Translations under genes and position numbers: made by a program
Notes under the pieces: generated by a model
Seen by the model: only the letters and a program-made list of their open reading frames with translations
Told to the model about the DNA's origin: nothing
The model's database searches: none
NCBI RefSeq assembly: GCF_006345805.1
Contig: NC_043003.1
Coordinates: forward strand, 98,828,001-98,892,000
DNA: 64,000 nt
Origin: Octopus sinensis
Lineage: Eukaryota
Direction of reading: 5' to 3'
In this document: piece after piece, positions 12,260 to 26,064 of the stretch
Position numbering within the stretch: position 1 is the first letter of the stretch
Layout: each line of letters opens with the position of its first letter

Positions 12260-12600
12260 ATAGCAATTCGCTTTATGAATAGAAGGTCTTACAGCTGTTT
12301 CCAGGATATTTATTATCCCTTCATCGGAGACAGTGTGAGAAGATGGTTATGCAATAGTTAGTAAATTTAGATAAGATATGAAATAGAGAGTGAAGTGGAG
12401 GAATGAAAATAGATGTGAGATATGCAGGGATATTGCATTTGTAGATCCATTATTTAGGCAGAATGGTATACATATAAGATTCCAATACCTTGTGAGTAAA
12501 TTCCAATAATATTTAAAATTGGTCTTTCCAAGTTTTGAGTTTGTATACAGTGCGATCGAATCGAGGGTTTTATTTAAGGTGACCTAAAAGTAGGGAATGT
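12260..12600 (-). mobile_element. PLE 3' fragment / pseudo-LTR
   Basis: Contains a hammerhead motif at 12286-12331 and a weak (W)VYKLKT trace of the GIY-YIG C-terminus. Confidence 0.55.
12286..12331 (-). ncRNA. Hammerhead motif with CCGAUGA core variant
   Basis: GUCU-CCGAUGA-AGGGAUA(AUAAA)UAUCCUG-GAAAC-AGCU-GUA/AGAC: stem I GUCU:AGAC, ~6-bp stem II, palindromic ACAGCUGU stem III. Confidence 0.6.
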
Positions 12601-12693
12601 ATTTGTATGGTCTATCCATAGCACTTACTCAGCATTACCTGACACCTTTGGGTCTTATTGACACCATTACCTCTTTCTGTCTCTGTCTCTCTC

Positions 12694-12785
<92 letters not shown>

Positions 12786-13430
12786 TGTATGTGCATGTAT
12801 ATCCATGAATATGAACATGCTCGTGAAATTGTTGATGGGTAAAATTCTATGTATAAGTATACATACACACATACACGCACACACATACACGAACACAAGC
12901 GTGTGTGTGTTTGCGTCTGTGTGTGTGTATGTACACACACGCTTATGTACATACATAAGTGTATGTGTGTTAAAGTGCGCATATATAGACAGATAGGCAG
13001 ATTTGTGGGCACTTGCATGCACACACACACACACACGCACACACACCACACACACACGCACACACACAGATAGGTGGAGATTAACAATGGAGCTAGTGCG
13101 AATGAAATCTTATAAACTAATAAAACACACCCACATGGCGTATCTGTTCGCTCGGCAGAACAATAATATAATAAACAATAACAACGAAATCGACATGGAA
13201 AAAAACAACTACTAAGTAAATGTTTGCATTCTGTGTCTCAAAAACGAAAACATTCTCACACACGCACACGTACACACGTGTACGCTCACTAGCGTAAGTA
13301 TGAAGCGACGCACGAATTACACTTACAAACGCATACAGTCACGCACACCACATTACGTACGAATGCGAGAGATGCTCTCAGATGCACACAAATACATACA
13401 CATACAGCCATAACACTGCACAAATATCGT

Positions 13431-13812
13431 GGCACTCCGTCGGTTACGACGACGAGGGTTCCAGTTGATCTGATCAACGGAACAACCTGCTCGAGGAAAT
13501 TAGCGTGCAAGTGGCTGAGTACTCCACAGACACGTGTACCCTTAACGTAGTTCTCGGGGAGATTCAGCGTGACACAGAGTGTGACAAGGCTAGCCCTTTG
13601 AATTACAGTTATAACAGAAACAGGAAGAAAGAGTCAGATGAAGTTGAGATGAAAGGAGTACAGCAGGTTTCGCCAACATCTTCTGCCGTAGCCTCGTGGA
13701 ACTTCAGGTATTTTCGCCCAATAAACACTCACAAAGCCTGGTCTGGGAATCGAAACCGCGGTCCTACGACCGCCAATTCACTGGCCTAACCACTGGCCCA
13801 TTGCGCCTCCAC
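13431..13812 (-). mobile_element. SINE family A, tail type 2, with target-site duplication
   Basis: Homologous to 7655-8021; ACTGCACAAAT occurs on both flanks (~13416-13426 and 13811-13821). Confidence 0.85.
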
Positions 13813-13989
13813 TGCACAAATGCACATACATAACAGATAGTCAAAGTAGAAAAGGACGTTACAGCAAACTCAATGAGAATGTCACAGAAGTGTATTAAGA
13901 GTGTTTCCTAAATCAATTACATAAGTGAACTACAACCGGTTCGTGTGGTATTATCCACAGAATGACGCTCCATAGAATAAAACTACCGT

Positions 13990-14300
13990 TCAAGTGGCCG
14001 AAACGGGGGTTTTTTCATAGGATCTCTCGAGTAAAATTAATAGACAGCATACTCGGAGATCATGGAGTCTTTCCAAGTCGAGCCGCTACTTCTTCGCATT
14101 GAGATGTCATAGATCCGGTATTAAGGATATGTGAACAGAATGTCGCTGGAGAAAATCGCAGGACTGGATTCTTCAACCGCGGCAGGAGACCTAGGGGTAA
14201 ACTAAGCATGAAATGGTCGGATAATAGCTATAGTCTAAATTAGTCATGCTTGCTAATCTATAGAAAATTCTAGTAACCATTGATTTTGATAAGACCCTAT
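13990..14300 (+). mobile_element. RTE-clade LINE 3' ORF remnant
   Basis: Frame-broken RY*GYVNRMSLEKIA and RGRRPRGKLSMKWSD resemble the RTE motifs RWxGHVxRM and RxRGRPxxxWxD. Confidence 0.5.
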
Positions 14301-14477
14301 GGAAGACGTGCCCAAGTACTTTACTCCCAAGAAGATGGTCGGATGAATGGATTTTACGAGAGAAAGCTTCCATAGACGAAGGTAACATCCGGTCCGGTGT
14401 CAGAGGCGTCTCTTGTCTTTAAGTGCATCTCTTCTTTGTTACTCAAACTTGCTGACTGCGTTGTCGACCTCACAAAA

Positions 14478-14545
<68 letters not shown>

Positions 14546-15004
14546 GGTATGTAGAAAAATACAACATGGACAAGAACGTATAACTCTTAGAAGACGATAC
14601 AATAAACACGGACAGGACATTCGAAACCCCCAGTCTTCAGTCAAGAACCGGATCATCGTAGTAATTTCGGCTGATTAATCTTGAGATTACTAGATCACGG
14701 CCAGCCCTCCAAGAAAAACTAAGCAACGAGCATTAGTAAAACTAAGCTGGGAGCGTAGATTTCCTGGAAGAAGGATCGAATGCATACGGACACCAGGACA
14801 GCAAAAGGGACGAATATAAAAAAACAATGGAATACAGAAACATGAAATACAGAAGCATTAACGGTGCAAACAACAAGTGTCTTACGACTGATAACAAGCA
14901 AACAAATTTTTATATATATATTTACATACGTATGCATATCTATATGTGTGTGTGTGTGTATATATATTTATGTGTGTGTACATATATATGTCAAGCTGAA
15001 ACTG

Positions 15005-15305
15005 ATACTACGTCAGTTACGTTAACGAGGGTTCCAGTTCATCCGATCAATGGAGAAGCCAGCACGTGAAATTAACGTGCGAGTGGTTGAGTGCTCCGCA
15101 GACATGCGCACTCTTAGTGTAGTCCTGAGGGAGATTCAATGTGATAAAGAATGTGACAAGGCTGACCCTTTGAAATACAGACATTACTCATTATTGCGAC
15201 CTGAGTTGGATGGAGTGATGTGAAATAAAGTGTCGGCAGGAATCGAAATCACGAACTTACGATCAAGAACCGTCATTCCCTAATCACTAAGCCACGCGCT
15301 TTCAC
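15005..15305 (-). mobile_element. SINE family D (GTGAAAGCGCGTGGCTTAGTG head, tail type 2)
   Basis: Shares the tail of 7655 and the head of 22541-22855. Confidence 0.7.
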
Positions 15306-15309
15306 ATTA

Positions 15310-15358
<49 letters not shown>

Positions 15359-16013
15359 CATACATATACATATATAAATATATTTATGTATATATATAAT
15401 ATATATATATATATATATGTATATGTATATATATCTATATCTATATCTATGTATCTATGTATCTATATCTATATCTATCTATCTATATATATATATATAA
15501 TATATATATATATAATATATATATATAATATATATATATATATATAATATATATATATGTATATATATACATATATATACGCGTACGATGCATGCATGCA
15601 TATATATCCACCTACATACAAAATGAAATATTACCCACATATGAAAATACATAAGATAACGACTCTCTTTTATGATTTCATATAAAGACTCTAGGTTTTC
15701 ACCTTCTCCGAGGGTGTCATTCATATCATAGTTGATGTTTATGTTGTTTATGGCGTTGTTCTTGTTGCTGTCTAGCCTTTTGATGTTAATAGATGTTTAG
15801 TACGATATCAGTACAACTTTAGGGGTGACAGTACTGTACAAGATACGGTTTATTTGTATGAAAAAACAACATAGAATGAACAGCATGAAAAGTATATGAT
15901 CAAAACATTTTTATGATAGACACTAGAGACATTAGTGTTACACACACACAGTGTGTATATGTATATATACGTGCGTGCGTGTGTGTGTGTGTGTTAGCGT
16001 GAGTGTGTATACT

Positions 16014-16071
<58 letters not shown>

Positions 16072-16484
16072 GTATATGTATATATATATATGTATATATA
16101 TTTATATATATATATATTATATATATAGATAGATAGATATATGCATATAAAATACGTGTCTATCTATTTATCTATCTGTCTGTCTTTCTCTCTCTCTCTT
16201 GACCCTCCGCAAAATACCAAATTATATTTAATTTTGCTTTGTGGGACCAACTGATTTATCGGAAGTGTATATTGTTGTTAAATGCTCGAAATCCGAGAGT
16301 AAATAAACAGCCAACAACTGATGAAAGGTCGTTCTTTATGTTGTTTATCTTGTTTTCCATTCATGTCTTTCGTGGTTCGAAAAAATAGTTCATATTCCAT
16401 GTACTCGTACTTCGTATTTTTTTTTTGTTGTACACCTTTCATGACGCCCTGTGCCTACATATGCATATATACATACATATATAC

Positions 16485-16598
<114 letters not shown>

Positions 16599-16809
16599 CG
16601 TATAGATGTAAGTATGTACACATGCATATGTATATATGCATACATATATTTTTATATTACTATATGATTGAACACCACGCATCCTCTTCCAAGTAAGTTT
16701 TACCTTAATAATTCTCTATGCGCACGCTTTACGATCTTTTCACTCTTTAGTTTTACTCTTTCTCTCTCTTATTCTTTTACCTCTTCTTCCACTATTCTAT
16801 CCTATTACT

Positions 16810-17045
16810 CTTATTTCTTTATTGTCCACAAGGGGCTAAACACAGTGGGGACAAACAAGACAGACAAAGGGATTAAGTTTATTACATCGATTCCAGTGCG
16901 TAACTGCTACTTAATTTATCAACCCCAAAAGGATGAAAGGCAAAGTCTACTTCGGCGGAATTTGAACTCAGAACGTAACGGCAGACGAAATACCTATTTC
17001 TTTACTACTCACAAGGGGCTAAACACAGAAGGAACGAACAAGTCT
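16810..17045 (-). mobile_element. SINE family C multimer unit
   Basis: Contains the GAAATAGGTATTTCGTCTGCC junction seen in the 21431 array. Confidence 0.75.
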
Positions 17046-17053
17046 GCGGAGAA

Positions 17054-17097
<44 letters not shown>

Positions 17098-17112
17098 ACA
17101 CACACACACACA

Positions 17113-17156
<44 letters not shown>

Positions 17157-18741
17157 TTATACACATAACGTACAGGCAGAGAGAGAAATGTATTCCCAGG
17201 CAGGAAAATAATATAGGAGAATTTATTTTGGAGGGTGAAGTCACCAGGAGGCTAACCAACTAAAACGCTAGATTTGTCGAAAGAGAAAATTTTGACAAAA
17301 ACATCCACGAGAAAAACAAAACGGCGTCGTCAAAATTATAACCTATCAAAGTTTAATCTTTTACCGTAAAAATACATATATACTAAAAGGTTTGGACTTA
17401 CAACATTTCGTACTCTGATAGGCTTAGAAGGTGAAAAGACGCGTACGCTTACACTGAACTTCAGAACAAACTACACGCACCACGTCAGAAATTGTAAAGA
17501 AAACTCGTTTTCTTTCTCTCCATCTTTTTATTCTTCTTTCCCACCTTTTAAATAAAAACTCAATGAATGAGTTTTGAATAATGTACGTTTGTTACGGTCT
17601 TCATTGAATATTTACACTTATATTACTATCTAACCCTGTGAAACTAACTGAAATTTCTGTGAACATTTGAACATTTGATCGTTTAACCATGTTTTCCAAA
17701 TTTTTGCAATGTATCTTTAAACTCTCCTAAATCTTTTATTTATATATTTGTATCAATGAAAAGCAAAAGATTGTCGAAACCGGTTTGGCATTTGAATAAA
17801 TTTATTACAAAATTTAAAAGCGACTGCATGTTTTGAGATTTAGGTGCATTTTCAAAATCCAAAACAGCTTCTCATATATATATTTATGTGTGTGTATATA
17901 TTCATTTATATATGCATTCATTTATGTACACACGTAAATAATATACAAAAACATATATACATATATGCATGTATAAAAGACTAGAGATTATTTTGATGTA
18001 GACACAAGGTCCATATTTTATGGAAAGGTAATAGTCGATTAATCTGACTCCAGTACTTGGCTGGTACATTTTGATATTCACTCCGAATAAATAAAATGCA
18101 AAGTTGACCCCAATGTAGGGTCACAAACTACAATTCTAAAAACAAACAAACCAACAGATGATTGATAATGTCTAATGCTATCTATTTAAAAACTAATATT
18201 CTGCTATTTTGATATCTTGATTGGTTTATAAGCGATCTGTAAACACGATATGCTATTTAATGAAGATACACTCTTAAAGCATTTTTTTTTGTAAATCTAA
18301 AACGGAAAATGAAGAATTATAAAATTTCTTGAGAAAATATATATAAAATAAAACAAAACATCAAATAAATAAAACACCGTTGAGATAGGGTTTCATATTA
18401 AAATTTGATACTAAGGGTATGGAATCTAAACTTTAAACTGACACGCCTAGCGTATTTTTAATTCGAAGGGTCGATTTTACGTAAGTAACACTTGGAAATT
18501 TGGCTATAAAGGGCGGAGTGAGACAACAAAATGGATAGAGTTTAACCTGTTTATCAGATAGCAGGAGTTTAGTAAACATTCATCAATTTATGGGGCAACT
18601 TTGTAAACTCACACCCAAATAATCTCAACGGAGTATAGTACTGGTGTGCAATTTGCGTCTTGTGCGCCTCCTATACATATATGTGTGTGTGTGTGTGTGT
18701 ATGTATATATATATATGTATGTATATATATAAATGTATATG

Positions 18742-18783
<42 letters not shown>

Positions 18784-18887
18784 TGCGAGTGTATTTATAT
18801 TGAAATATATATATATATTATATATATATATATATTTTATATACACATATACATATATATATATATGCACGTGTGTGTGTAAATATA

Positions 18888-18936
<49 letters not shown>

Positions 18937-19752
18937 TAATATACAAAGAGAGAGAGAGTGGGAGAAAGGCACACACACACACATATACTTATATACACGC
19001 GCACACACGCGCACGCACGCACACACACTTACTCACACACAGATACACACACACTTACTCACACGCACATATATATATGCCTATGTACATGTGTGCATGT
19101 GTGTGCGTATGTGTCCCTGTGTGTGCGTGTAAACAGCTCCTCTAAAATAACTCAACCATAATTTCCAAGCGATTAGATTAGGTTTCAAAATTAATGAGAG
19201 TTTTATTTCATTAAAACCACGCTATTTAACCCGTGGTGAAAAAGTATATATATAAAAAACCAAAAGCAAAAACAAAACGACACTTCGTTATAAAGCAGTC
19301 TTTTGTCTAAAATGTCACACAAAATCAAATTTTCTTTACCATAAGAACAAAAAATGCTAGGTTCAAGACTCTCAATTTAGTTATGAAATGAACTCCTCCG
19401 ATAACGGATCACCTAAATATCAAGTGAATGTTGATGTCGGTATTTCCCTTCGGATGTTACGTAACCCGATTAAGCAGTTCAATTAACCCTGATTAAATCA
19501 AAGGGAGAAGTAGTTGTCTGGATCATTAGGGTGTCGTCATACAACAAGCCGGAGAATATCTAGTTTATAACTCGGTATAAAATTTTTCCCAGGAATGCCT
19601 TCTGCATGAAGAACACATTATCAAGTGGTGATGGTGGGTTGTTGGGGACTAAAATACTAATATAATCAATGCTTTAATTTGTCCAATCCTAATAACAGCA
19701 TTTTAACATTTCCTGATCAGCAAATGTGTATTTTATTTAATATATTTCTCTA

Positions 19753-20185
19753 GGCGCATGTGTGGCTGTGTGATAAGAAGCTTTCTTCCTAACCACATGG
19801 TTCCTGGTTCAGTCCCACTGCGTGGCACACTGGGTAAGTATCTTTTATTATAACCTCGGGCTAACCAAAGCTTGTGAATGGATTTGGTAGACGGAAACTG
19901 AAAGAAACTCGTTGTGAATTTATGTGTGTGTGAGTGTGTGTGTGTGTGTGTGAGAGGATGTGTATGCGTGTGTGTGTGTGTGTCTTTGTGTTTGTCCTCC
20001 ACCACACTTGACAACCAGTGCTGGTGTGTTTACGTCCCCGTTTATCTAGCGATTCGGCAAAAGATACCAATAGAATAACGAACAGGCTTTAAGAAAAGTG
20101 CTGAAGTCGATTCATTCGTCTAACAAAAAATTTCAAAACTGTGTCCCCTTTTGGCCATAGTCTAATAACTAAAACAAGTAAACGA
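19753..20185 (+). mobile_element. SINE family B
   Basis: Head, CORE-like segment, internal (TG)n and degenerate tail. Confidence 0.75.
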
Positions 20186-20480
20186 TAAAAGATATTATTA
20201 CAGCCACTCAGCGTTTTGACTCCGACAAGTAAGACTACACGACGCTGAAGAGGACTAATCAGATCGAAACATGTTAAAATTAATTTCCATTCGTCTTGAT
20301 GATCAATATTTCTTCTCATTACATGCATTTCTATCTCCCTTCTCACTAGATTCCATATCGAATTCAGTGTGGAATGAGAATGATAATTTTCCACCTTTGC
20401 TTTGAAGGAAAATTATCATTAATGCTAATGAATTTCTTTTTTCTTTATTACGCATGGCAGTTTTACATAATCCATTATTA

Positions 20481-20513
<33 letters not shown>

Positions 20514-20524
20514 GAATCATTAAT

Positions 20525-21420
20525 AGAGGCAGTGAGTTGGCAGAATCATTTGCGCACCGGCTAAAATACTTAGCGGAATTTCGTCTGTCCTTACGTTCTG
20601 AGTTCAAATTCTGCCGACGTCGACTTTGCCTTTCATCTTTTCGGGGAGGGGTTCGATGAAATAAGTACCAGTTACGCGCTGGAGTCGATGTAATCGACTA
20701 GCTCCCTCCCAGGAGATACAGGTTTTGTACCTATTGTAGAAAGGATGATCAATAAAAGCAGCAACCTGGCAGAGTTGTTAGCACGCCGGGCAAAATGCTT
20801 AGCCGCATTTCATCCGTCTTTATCTTGTGAGTTCACTTCTTCCGAGCTCGACTTGACTTTTCATCCGTTCGGGGCCGTTAAAATAAGTACCAGCTGAGCA
20901 ATGGAGTCGAAATAATCAACTTACCCCCCACCCACCTCGGAATTATTGGCCTTGTTCCAAGATTTGAAATTATTATTATTGAAGTCAGCTGATGGAACAG
21001 TTGTAGTGTCTGGAAAATGCTTTACAGTATTGGCTCTGGCTCTGTACATTCTGATTATAAATCCCGCCCAGGGAAAGTTTTGAATTTTCTCTTTCTGAAG
21101 CTTATAAAATAAAATACCTCTCCAGTACTAGAAGTGATGACAGCCGGTAATCCTAGACTTTTAAACCTGGTAAACTTCCACCTAAATCAAGAACCATTTG
21201 GGTGGTGGATTGGCAGAATTTTTGCAGTTAATATTTTTTCCGTATTTATTTAGGTTCTTTACGATGTGAGCCCAAATCCTGCCGAGGTCAACCTTGTCTT
21301 TCATCACTTCGGGGCCGCTAAAATAAAGTGCTACTCAAGTACTCTGTTGTACATAATCAATTGATTTCCATCAATCAAAATTACTCATTTTGTGCCTAAA
21401 TTAAAATAACATTATAATTA
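20525..21420 (+). mobile_element. Three consecutive family C SINE copies
   Basis: Repeated GAGTTCAAATTC.GCCGA.GTCGACTTTG.CTTTCATC cores starting at ~20525, 20755 and 21215. Confidence 0.7.
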
Positions 21421-21430
21421 TTAAGCTTAC

Positions 21431-22450
21431 GTAAGGCGGCGAGCTGGATGAATCATTAGCACGGCGGGCGAAATGCGTAGCCGTATTTCGTCTGCCGTTA
21501 CGTTCTGAGTTCAAATTCAGCCGAGGTCGACTTTGCCTTTCATCCTTTCGGGGTCGATTAAATAAGTGCCAGTTACGCACTGGAGTCGATATAATCGATT
21601 TAATCCGTTTGTCTGTCCTTGTTTGTCCTCTCTGTGTTTAGCCCCTTGTGGGCAGTAAAGAAATAGGTATTTCATCTGCCGCTACGTTCTGAGTTCAAAT
21701 TCCGCCGAGGTCGACTTTGCCTTTCTTCATTTCAGGGTCGATTAAATAAGTACCAGTTACGCACTGGGGTCGATATAATCGATTTAATCCTTTGTCTGTC
21801 CTTGTTTGTCCTCTCTGTGTTTAGCCTCTTGTGGGTAGTAAAGAAATAGAAATAGGTATTTCGTCTGCCACTACGTTCTGAGTTCAAATTCCGCTGAAGT
21901 CGACTTTGCTTTTCATCCTTTCGGTTTCGATAAATTAAGTACCAGTTACGCACTGGGGTCGATGTAATCGACTTAACCCCTTTGTCTGTCCTTGTTCGTC
22001 TCCTCTATGTTTAGCCTCTTATGGGAAATAAAGAAATAAGAATCGTTAGCACATAGGGCGAAATGTTTAGCGGCATTTCGTCTGTCTTTACGTTCTGAGT
22101 TCAAATCCCATCGAGGTCGACTTTGTCTTTCACCCTTTGGGAGTCGATAAAATAAGTACCAGTTGAGCAATGAGGGCGATGTAATCAGCTTACCTTCAAC
22201 CTCGTACTTGCTGGCCTTGTGCCAAAATTTGCAACTTTTATATGGCTTATGTGAGGCGTCGAGCTGTCAGAATCGTTATCGCGCTGGATAAAATGCTTAG
22301 CGGCATTTCTTCCGTTTTTCCATTCTGAGTTCAAATTTCACTGACGTCGACTTTACCTTTCGTGCTTGATAAAATAAATACCAGTTGAGCATTGGGTTCG
22401 ATGTAATTGACTACGTACCTGCCTTTCCGCAAAAATTTGAAATTTTGTGC
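21431..22450 (+). mobile_element. Tandem array of family C SINE (about 5 units, ~184-bp period in the core)
   Basis: Head-to-tail repeats with junctions at ~21665, 21855 and 22035. Confidence 0.85.
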
Positions 22451-22540
22451 CTACGGTAGAAAAAATTATGTGCTTTATGTTAAGCATGTGAGCTCCTTCC
22501 TAAATATATATGCTATGAATAAGTGCAAGGGGAAAGTCTG

Positions 22541-22855
22541 ACACTCCGTCGGTTACGACTACAAGGGTTCCAGTTGATCTGATCAACGGATCAGCCTGCT
22601 CATGAAAGTAACGCGCATGAGCAAGCCACAGAAACGTGTCCCCTTAACGTAGTTCCCAATGAGATTCAGCGAGACACAGAATGTAACAAGGCTAGCCTTT
22701 TGAAATACATGTACTACTTAATTTTGCCAGCTGAATGGACTGGAGCAACGTAAAATAATATGTTTTGCTCAACGATACAACGCGTTGCCGAGAATTGAAC
22801 TCGCGACGTTAAGATCGTGAGCCTTTACCCTAACCACTAAGCCACGCGCTTTCAC
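22541..22855 (-). mobile_element. SINE family D
   Basis: Same head and tail as 15005-15305. Confidence 0.75.
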
Positions 22856-23155
22856 GGGGGAAAGTCTATCGTATATTTAAAGCGTGAATGAGTGAGAGAG
22901 AGAGAGAAGGGGGTGAGAGAGAAAGGGAGAGACAGAGAGAAATTTAGTGGGTGCATCAGTGACAGGATATATATGAGACATTGTAAGACACATAAATATA
23001 TGCGCAAGGAGATAATAAGTGTTCATAAAAAAACTAATAAATATAATGCGACAGTCTCGGCTGGGATGAATGCCATTGTTATTTAGCCCCAAGAAATGTG
23101 GTCTCCAGCTGACTATACGACACACATATAGCCAGCTAGAGCCGATGTCTCCTGC

Positions 23156-23791
23156 GGATCTTTTCCTTTTGAACGGCAGACAATTTCTAGTTAACTAAAC
23201 ACTTTAAAACTTCGTATATTGGTAGAATGTGTCAAAATAAAACATTTTTTTCTCTTGGCTTTCTTGAGAAAATTGTAATTTGTTTGTTTAACGTAGCTTA
23301 ATTTTTCGAATTTTAACCAATCCTATGCTCTCTTTTGAGCTAAAATCATTTCCTGCGTCTAAAACTGAGACATCATCCTGTAACTAACCCTAAACCTCCC
23401 CCTAACCCTAATTTTTTTTCTTAATTGTTAAATTAATTTAATTGCTACGCGTGTAAAAAAAACTAAAGCAATGGAATTAAATTAATTTAACAATTAAGAA
23501 AAAAAATTAGGGTTAGAGTTAGGGTTAGAGGGGAGGTTTAGGGTTAGTTACAGGATGTTGTCTCAGTTTTAGACGCAGCAAATGATTTTAGTTGAATGGA
23601 GGTAATCGATTGGTTAAAATTGCCGAAATGCTCGGATTTTCAGACGAAATATCTTACAAACTATAGAATGTTCTCCATAAAACCAAGAGAAAATGATGTT
23701 TTATAAACACATTCTACCAGTATACGAAGTTTAAAAGTGTTTAGTTAACTAGAAATTGTGTTGACATCTGCCGTTCAAAAGGAAAAGATCC
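23156..23791. mobile_element. Fold-back MITE (636 bp) with 8-bp TSD and internal telomere-like repeats
   Basis: TIR GGATCTTTTCCTTTTGAACGGCAGA at both ends, arms of roughly 290 bp, flanks TCTCCTGC / TTTCCTGC, TAACCC and TTAGGG units inside the arms. Confidence 0.88.
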
Positions 23792-24095
23792 TTTCCTGCT
23801 GCTAAATAACAGTAACATTCGTCCCAACCAAGACTGCCACATTATGTTGGCAAATAATCTTTATTTTAGAGCACTGTTACTGAATCTCTCGTTGAGAGAT
23901 TTAGAAATAATAATTTTTCTATTTAATAAACATAAATAATTAGAAATATTTAATACGTAATAATAAAATAGTATTGTAACAATAGACCCACATTTTATAA
24001 ATACTACAGACGGACGCAGCATTGGTAAAATAAAGTTCGATGTGCTATTCAGCGACTGTATTTTGATTTTAATACCTTCTAATCATTCACCTTTT

Positions 24096-24420
24096 GTGAA
24101 GACGCATGGCTCAGTGGTTAGAGCGTCGCTAGGTTGTGAGTTCGAATCCCGGACCGGGCTGCGTGTTATGTTCTTGAGCAAGACATTTTATTTCACGTTG
24201 CTCCAGGTCAATCAGCTGTAGAAATGAGTTGCGACGTTACAGGTGCCAAGCTGTATCGGCCTTTGCCTTTCCCTTGGATAACACTGGTGGCATGGAGAAG
24301 GCAGGCCGGTATGCATGGGCAACTGCAGGTCTTCCATTAACAACCTTCCCCGGACTTGTGCCTGGGAGGGTAACTTCCTAGGTGCAATCCCGTGGTCAGT
24401 CATGACCGAAGGGCGTCTCA
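24096..24420 (+). mobile_element. tRNA-derived SINE with family D-type body and a third tail type
   Basis: TGGCTCAGTGG A box, GAGTTCGAATCCC B box, TTCTTGAGCAAGACA.TTTATTTCACGTTGCTCCAG body. Confidence 0.75.
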
Positions 24421-26064
24421 GCAGCTCAGTATCCACCCTTATTATTCATCTGATAAACATTTACCTCTCTGCTTATATACTGAACTACGTTCCTCTTTCA
24501 TATACGTAATCCCTCTTTGGTGCACCACATCTCTTCTCTCTCTCACTCACTTTCTCTCTCTGTGTTTACCTTACTTTTTATTTTACTCTATATTGTTACT
24601 TTCTAGTATCCAGTATAAATTATCATTTGCGCCTTTGAAACGTAACGACAAATAAGAAACTTTGCAGCATACTCTCTAAAATCGAAACGTCTTGACACCA
24701 ACTGTATGAGCCTTCAACAGTTAAAAACAATACTGTGTAGCTGTTACAACAATCGCGTGATTTATTTTAAGATATACTCTGGGCTGATGACGATTCAAAC
24801 CTCAAGTGTCTCTGTCGCCCAATATCTTTTACAATGGCCGTGACTTCGTATTTCCCTTGAGCATGTTGTATTACATAGTTAGGTATTTCCTTTAACTTTA
24901 TTTACTTCAAATCATCGGACTATAAGTTAAAAGCTAAGTTACGTGGAAATGTTTGGGTATGAGAGAGTTCAACCCAGTGAGAGACATACGTCCGTCCCCC
25001 TTATCGCCTTATTTCCCTGGAGATTTAAATCAACTAAATAAATTAATTAAAATAAAGCCTCTAGTTATGATACGTTTTAATAACACATATACGTCTCCTA
25101 TTTATCGACCCCTTTGGTTCATTCCATCGTTGCTTATCTCTGATTTCGCTGACGTCAAGCGAGCGAATGAATGACAATTCATCCGTGAACAGAATGCGCG
25201 GGCAATATTTCATTGAAGAACGAAAATAATGCATGCATTCATCTTACTTAGGAGTCAGTCGTTCCAATTCTGCAGTACAGTACCATCTTGCAACAGATCG
25301 CAGTCAGCCGTTGAACGTTTAGTCCGTTTACCACAGATAAAAATCTGCAGTCTTCACTCGAAACACCATCGACACTACCAATTCTACAGCTGTTTTTAAC
25401 TAGCACCATACCAGAAATATAATAGATGAATATTTAAATGGCATCATGACCAAGTCTCATATTCTACTACATGCTGTACTGTAATGCTTTTCCTCTCTCG
25501 CACACAATTCTGAATTCTGCGTAACTTGAATAAAGCTACGATTTTCGTTGAAATTTCAGAGCACAGAGAAATTGTCATTCACTAAGTATTATTAATCGCA
25601 GAATTAAATGCCGGAATGAGGTGATATTATAGCTTGTAAACTAATAGGAGGAGAATTTGTATTAAGAAAACGAGGATAAGATTATAGTATAGGGGAAAGA
25701 GAAAATTAGTGAGAAGCAGAGATGACTTCAGGAAGAAAGGAAAATGAAAAAAGGAAAGAAAAAGAAAAAGAGTGTGGGGGTCGAAAGAGGATGACAAGGG
25801 GGAGAGAGAGGGAAGATAGAGAGGAGAACCAGAGCAAATATATACGTCAGGAAGTTAGTTGAATATATGCCCAGGGAGACAAACGCTTATATATAAAAAA
25901 AAACAAACTAAATGATAGAATACTGTTCTATGTTACTGTATAATGGTAAAACAACACGCAGAAGCATACTTGATCAACTGGGCGAGACACTACCAATTTA
26001 AGCAAACGATTTTGTTCAGCTGAACCAAAACTTTTAATTGTTAAGTGACTAGGTAGACTATTTT

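Noticed and set aside
14545-14700. Hammerhead on the minus strand (CUGAAGA..GAAUGUC)
   Set aside because: GAAAC is broken and stem I does not pair; at most a decayed pLTR.
20241-20280. Hammerhead CUGAAGA-GGAC..GAUC-GAAAC-AUGUU
   Set aside because: Stem II is mismatched and there is no stem I partner.
21431-22450. CRISPR-like or tRNA-gene array
   Set aside because: Units are contiguous SINE bodies without unique spacers; no tRNA cloverleaf could be folded.
23382-23548. Interstitial telomere or chromosome fusion site
   Set aside because: The few TTAGGG-like units lie inside the arms of a TSD-flanked MITE.
25150-25260. CRE palindrome TGACGTCA and a nearby minus-strand GTAAG donor as a promoter or first exon
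   Set aside because: A single 8-mer and one donor are expected by chance in 64 kb; no supporting exon chain.
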